This document shows positions 60,476 to 64,000 of a DNA stretch of 64,000 bases, in pieces. The first letter of the stretch is position 1; each line of letters opens with the position of its first letter. Source of the DNA: an uncultured bacterium (GTDB taxonomy: Bacteria; Planctomycetota; UBA1135); NCBI GenBank assembly GCA_937919925.1, contig CALFOT010000036.1, positions 61,504 to 125,503 of the forward strand, given 5' to 3'. The position numbers were made by a program, and so were the translations under genes. Below the pieces are notes generated by a model. It was not told the DNA's origin, searched no databases, and saw only the letters and a program-made list of their open reading frames with translations.

Positions 60476-61219
60476 ATGATTTCCGTCGTCGTTCCAATCC
60501 TGAATGAATCCGGCAACATCAATCCCTTGATTGATGAGATTCACGCTGCGCTAAAGGGGCGTTTTGCAACGTACGAAATCATCTACGTGGATGATGGCTC
60601 TACCGATTCTTCGCCGGCCGAACTTGCCGCGCGTATGGCCATTGATCCGCAGCTACGGGTGATACGTCACCACCAAGCTTGCGGGCAAAGTTCGGGGGTG
60701 CGCACCGGTGTTAAGCACGCGCGTTTTGAGTGGATTGCAACCCTCGATGGCGATGGGCAAAACCACCCAGGGGATATTCCAGCGTTGTGGGCTGCGAAGC
60801 CGGAACATATCACTCCGGCACACCCCTGGTTGGCCATTGGTCATCGGGTAGAGCGCCGCGACACCAACTCCAAGCGTTGGGCGTCACGCTTTGCCAATCG
60901 TCTACGCGCCAAAGTGTTGCAAGACGATACCCCCGATACCGGTTGCGGCATCAAACTATTCTCGCGCCAAACTTTTCTCGATATGCCGTGGTTCAATCAT
61001 ATGCACCGCTACTTGCCCGCCTTGGTGCGCCGTGCCGGAGGGACTTCGGTGTCGGTGCCAGTGCGCCACCGCGAACGTGGCGCGGGTACTTCCAAATACG
61101 GAGTCTTCGACCGCGCTTGGGTTGGCATGCGCGATTTGCGCGGCGTAAAGTGGCTGATGGCGCGCAACGCCGTGCCCCAAGTAGAAGAAATCAAACCTGC
61201 CCCAAAAGACTCTCAGTGA
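60476..61219 (+). CDS. GT2-family polyprenyl-phosphate glycosyltransferase (ArnC/GtrB/DPM1-like)
   Basis: ISVVVPILNESGNI...YEIIYVDDGSTDSS...LDGDGQNHP...DTGCGIKLF. Confidence 0.8.
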   Translation: MISVVVPILNESGNINPLIDEIHAALKGRFATYEIIYVDDGSTDSSPAELAARMAIDPQLRVIRHHQACGQSSGVRTGVKHARFEWIATLDGDGQNHPGDIPALWAAKPEHITPAHPWLAIGHRVERRDTNSKRWASRFANRLRAKVLQDDTPDTGCGIKLFSRQTFLDMPWFNHMHRYLPALVRRAGGTSVSVPVRHRERGAGTSKYGVFDRAWVGMRDLRGVKWLMARNAVPQVEEIKPAPKDSQ

Positions 61220-61569
61220 CCTGGCTCGAAGAAATCCTTACCAACGCCAAAAATCCCATCGCCATTCTTGGCTTTGTCGGGCAAGGGGTGTTCTTTATGC
61301 GCTTTTTAGTGCAATGGCTGGCAACCGAACGCGAACGACGCAGTGTGATTCCTGTAGCTTTTTGGTATTTCTCCATCGGCGGTGCCCTACTGCTGTTGCT
61401 GTACGGAATCCTCGACCGCGATCCCGTGATTCTGCTGGGCCAAAGCACGGGGTTGGCGATTTACATGCGCAACCTCTATTTCATCCGTCGCGGCAACCCT
61501 AGCGGCATGATTGCGCCAGTGGTCGATCCCGCAGACCACGCCGACGTCAGCAAGCAGAGCGAAGAATGA
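61216..61569 (+). CDS. Small membrane protein with a lipid-A-biosynthesis N-terminal (LpxB_N-type) domain
   Basis: The GTG at 61216 overlaps the GT2 stop (GTGA). ILGFVGQGVFFMRFLVQWLATERERRSVIPVAFWYFSIGGALLLLLYGILDRDPVILLGQ matches the domain pattern. The rest of ORF 60730-61569 is an out-of-frame overlap with the GT2 gene. Confidence 0.65.
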   Translation: MTWLEEILTNAKNPIAILGFVGQGVFFMRFLVQWLATERERRSVIPVAFWYFSIGGALLLLLYGILDRDPVILLGQSTGLAIYMRNLYFIRRGNPSGMIAPVVDPADHADVSKQSEE

Positions 61570-63224
61570 GCAACGCCGCAGTGAGCCGGCCAGCTCCGAT
61601 TTTGCTACTGCTGATTCCAGCCATTGCTGCGGTTTGGTATGCGCGCCCGCTGCTGCCGGTAGATGAAACACGTTACACCGCAGTCGCTTGGGAAATGTGG
61701 CGCAGCGGTGATTTTTTAGTGCCGCACCTCAATGGCGAAACTTACGCGCATAAGCCGCCGATGCTTTTTTGGCTGATTCAGGCGGGTTGGTCGGTGTTCG
61801 GTGTCCAGATGTGGTGGCCACGGCTGCTGGGGGCGTTCGCGTTGTGCTTGAACGCTTTCATGATTCAACGCCTTGGCCAACGCCTGTGGCCCGAGCTGCC
61901 GCAGCGAGGCTCGCTGGCGGCCATGCTGTTTGTTGGCGCACTCTTCCCCTTTCTGTTCTCCACGGTCTTGATGTTCGACTTATGGCTGGTCCCTGCAGTG
62001 CTGCTGGGATGGACCGCGCTCGTGGATGCGCATCACGGGGCTAGGTTACGACGCAGCGCCCTGAGCTTCACCCTGGCGGTTGGGCTAGGCCTCTTGACCA
62101 AAGGCCCAGTCACCTTGCTTTTTCTGCTTCCTCCGGTCCTAGCGGCAGCGCACTGGAGTGGCCACGCGGGCAACTCCGCGAACGGCAAGACCGCTGGGCG
62201 GCGGGCGGGCAATCCTAAAAAGGTCTACGCCACTGGCGGTATCGGCCTGTTGCTTGGTATAGGCCTAGCTTTACTGTGGGCTATTCCGGCTGGCTTCAGT
62301 GGTGGCGAAGCCTACCGCAACGCCATTTTTTGGGGGCAAACCGCCGGGCGTATCCAAGATAGTTTTGCGCACTCGCGACCAATATGGTGGTTTTTGCCGT
62401 TGCTTCCGGGCATGTTATTCCCGTGGCTGTGGTGGCCGCGCACTTACCAAGGTTGGCGCGGGCTCAGTAACGGCGCCAAAGATGTCAGCCGCCTGATGTT
62501 TTGGTGTCTGGCACCAGCATTTGTGTTCCTCTGTTTGATGGACGGCAAACAACCGCATTATTTACTGCCGTTGTTCAGTATGGCCGCCCTCGCGCTGGCT
62601 TGGAATCTCGATCACTCCCCACACTTTGGCCTGCGTGCCAGTTTGTTGCCATTGCTGCTGCCGCTCCTGGTGGGCGCCGCCATGGCCTTGGCGCCGTTGT
62701 GGGTGGGCACGGAAAGCCCGCCGCTTGCGTGGCTTCATCCACCCGTACTCGCGCTCTCCGGAGCACTGCTACTGGTGATGCTGCGGCCAGCGTGGGTGAT
62801 GCTGCAAAAAGAACCGCAACGCCCGCTGGTCTTAGCGTTCCTAGCCCCCTTAACGGTCATCACCGTGCATCTAGGCATGGGCCGCGCGTTTTATCAAGAA
62901 TACGATTTACAACCCATGGCCACCCAAGTCGCTGCCTGGCAAGACGATCAAATCGCCGTTGGTTTCCACGGCGCCGCTTATTACGGCCAGTTTGATTTCC
63001 TGGGGCGTTTGCAGCAACCACTCGGCAACCCAGAAACGCTTGACGCCCTGCGCGACTGGCTTGTGGCCAATCCCGCAGGGCGTATGCTGGTGGTGATTGG
63101 GCGCGACGAAAATCCGCGCTTTGGCCCCGCACCTTATCCACCGCTTCCGCATGGAAGTCGACAATTACAAGTTTGGGAAAGCGCAGCGTTACTCCAACGC
63201 CTCAACAATCTCCACCTCGACTAG
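61566..63224 (+). CDS. ArnT/PMT-like (GT39/GT83) membrane glycosyltransferase
   Basis: PLLPVDETRYTAVAWEMWRSGDFLVPHLNGETYAHKPPMLFWLIQAGW (DE/K-P motif region). It has about 12 TM helices. Confidence 0.75.
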   Translation: MSNAAVSRPAPILLLLIPAIAAVWYARPLLPVDETRYTAVAWEMWRSGDFLVPHLNGETYAHKPPMLFWLIQAGWSVFGVQMWWPRLLGAFALCLNAFMIQRLGQRLWPELPQRGSLAAMLFVGALFPFLFSTVLMFDLWLVPAVLLGWTALVDAHHGARLRRSALSFTLAVGLGLLTKGPVTLLFLLPPVLAAAHWSGHAGNSANGKTAGRRAGNPKKVYATGGIGLLLGIGLALLWAIPAGFSGGEAYRNAIFWGQTAGRIQDSFAHSRPIWWFLPLLPGMLFPWLWWPRTYQGWRGLSNGAKDVSRLMFWCLAPAFVFLCLMDGKQPHYLLPLFSMAALALAWNLDHSPHFGLRASLLPLLLPLLVGAAMALAPLWVGTESPPLAWLHPPVLALSGALLLVMLRPAWVMLQKEPQRPLVLAFLAPLTVITVHLGMGRAFYQEYDLQPMATQVAAWQDDQIAVGFHGAAYYGQFDFLGRLQQPLGNPETLDALRDWLVANPAGRMLVVIGRDENPRFGPAPYPPLPHGSRQLQVWESAALLQRLNNLHLD

Positions 63225-63772
63225 AGATACCAAGAAACGCCGAGGTTTATGGCAAGGCCACTGCCATCCGGGTTTGGAGAATCAAAGAAGTAGAAGGTTT
63301 CCTCGAGAGCTAGCTCCACCGCAACGCTCTTGCTGATGAACTCCAACATGCCGATGGACAGCTGGAAAGTGCTGAAATCAACACTTGCTGGGCCTGCATC
63401 GACCGAGCCCATGCCGACTCCAAGCTCCGCAAAGGTGCGAAGCGGGCCAACGGTAGTGGAGTAAGCGCGCGCATAAACCGCAAAAGAGACGGCTTCTAAA
63501 TTGGCACTGCCATGCTTTTTATTGACGTCCTCAATGTTGACGGAGCCACCAAGCTCCACCTTATCGGTAACAAAGTAACCCGCGTTGCCATTGAGGTGTC
63601 TGGCACTGCCGTCCATGGTGCCGGTGCCATTCGTGGAGTAGCCCAAGTCGCCACCAAGGCGAATGGTGCCCGAGGTGAAGTTATTACCGACTGGCTTAGC
63701 ACGATTAGGGGAGCTGGAGCAGCTAATGAGGCCGACCAAGGGAAGCAGGAGCAGAATCTTATGCAGGTACAT
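63221..63772 (-). CDS. Small outer-membrane beta-barrel lipoprotein
   Basis: Lipobox LVGLISCSS. It shows the alternating beta-strand pattern of an OMP_b-brl type 8-stranded barrel. Confidence 0.5.
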   Translation of the reverse strand: MYLHKILLLLPLVGLISCSSSPNRAKPVGNNFTSGTIRLGGDLGYSTNGTGTMDGSARHLNGNAGYFVTDKVELGGSVNIEDVNKKHGSANLEAVSFAVYARAYSTTVGPLRTFAELGVGMGSVDAGPASVDFSTFQLSIGMLEFISKSVAVELALEETFYFFDSPNPDGSGLAINLGVSWYL

Positions 63773-63864
63773 CGTTAGGCTTGATGTTGGGGTAAGCGCA
63801 GAGATTAGGTGCGTTCCCCTATCGAGTCAATCAGAGAGAGTCACCGGGTCTTTCGGAGGGCAAT

Positions 63865-63909
63865 AGAAAACGCCCCCTCAACTGGCGAAGAAGCCAGCGA
63901 GGGGGCGCT
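63865..63909 (-). terminator. Rho-independent terminator of the partial gene at the right edge
   Basis: The minus strand reads GCGCCCCCTCGCTGGC-TTCTTC-GCCAGTTGAGGGGGCG, followed by TTTTCTATT. Confidence 0.65.
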
Positions 63910-63920
63910 AATTGGCTGTC

Positions 63921-64000
63921 TTACAGAATGACAGACGAGTGAATGTTGGACAGATTCCCAGCTTCCGCAGCCTGAATCCACACGGTGCGACCGGAACCAC
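63921..64000 (-). CDS. 3' end of an unidentified gene that runs off the right edge
   Basis: Hand translation gives ...GSGRTVWIQAAEAGNLSNIHSSVIL* ending at the TAA (63923-63921), followed by a terminator. It is too short to name. Confidence 0.3.
   Translation of the reverse strand, partial: GSGRTVWIQAAEAGNLSNIHSSVIL

Noticed and set aside
60730-61215. N-terminal 162 codons of the 279-aa ORF 60730-61569
   Set aside because: This Arg/Pro-rich translation is entirely out of frame within the well-supported GT2 gene. Only the last 118 codons, from the GTG at 61216, show a recognisable membrane-domain sequence.
1-64000. CRISPR arrays, tRNA, rRNA and prophage structural modules
   Set aside because: I saw no regularly spaced direct repeats, no cloverleaf-like sequences in the intergenic gaps (all under 300 bp) and no phage-like gene sets. 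The only mobile element recognised is the IS66 copy.

Overview
This 64-kb window is a gene-dense bacterial chromosomal segment with mid to high GC. I saw no rRNA, tRNA or CRISPR array. The gene content suggests a PVC-type (Verrucomicrobia or Planctomycetes-like) aquatic bacterium, but that is inference only. From left to right:

- **1-6.7 kb:** housekeeping and transport genes. These are a partial mlaA, a moaA with an odd in-frame deletion, an OPT transporter, a ThrE-type exporter and ppa.
- **6.8-15.8 kb:** a sugar block. It holds a beta-propeller dehydrogenase-like protein, a PA14 pentahaem cytochrome c, a Gfo/Idh/MocA oxidoreductase, a TIM-barrel isomerase, xylA and xylB.
- **16.3-23.0 kb:** a compact Sec-type (clade II-like) nitrous-oxide reductase cluster in the order nosZ-D-F-L-Y, followed by an unknown membrane protein and a cytochrome c lipoprotein.
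- **23-30.6 kb:** fasciclin, an OprO/P-like porin, a PPi-PFK, a giant Asp-box (sortilin/VPS10-like) protein and an AIM24-family protein.
- **30.7-38.0 kb:** a visibly lower-GC island. It carries a 5'-truncated RHS toxin, a second orphan HExxH toxin module, two large exported immunity candidates and an intact IS66 element. Solo copies of the IS66 terminal repeat bracket the island.
- **38-42.9 kb:** an M1 peptidase operon and a sigma-28-type sigma factor.
- **43.2-46.0 kb:** archaeal-type topoisomerase VI (top6B/top6A).
- **46.1-59.1 kb:** a 13-gene hybrid type II secretion / type IV pilus-like machine.
- **59.2-63.8 kb:** a deoxyhypusine-synthase-like gene, a GT2 / LpxB_N / ArnT-like cassette and an outer-membrane lipoprotein.

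The strongest novelty candidate is the last gene of the secretion/pilus cluster. It is a GspK/PilX-like tip pseudopilin carrying a roughly 194-aa Asp/His/Cys-rich repeat module. A strong terminator hairpin sits directly upstream of it. The cluster's ATPase also carries N-terminal STAS and MshEN-type domains.
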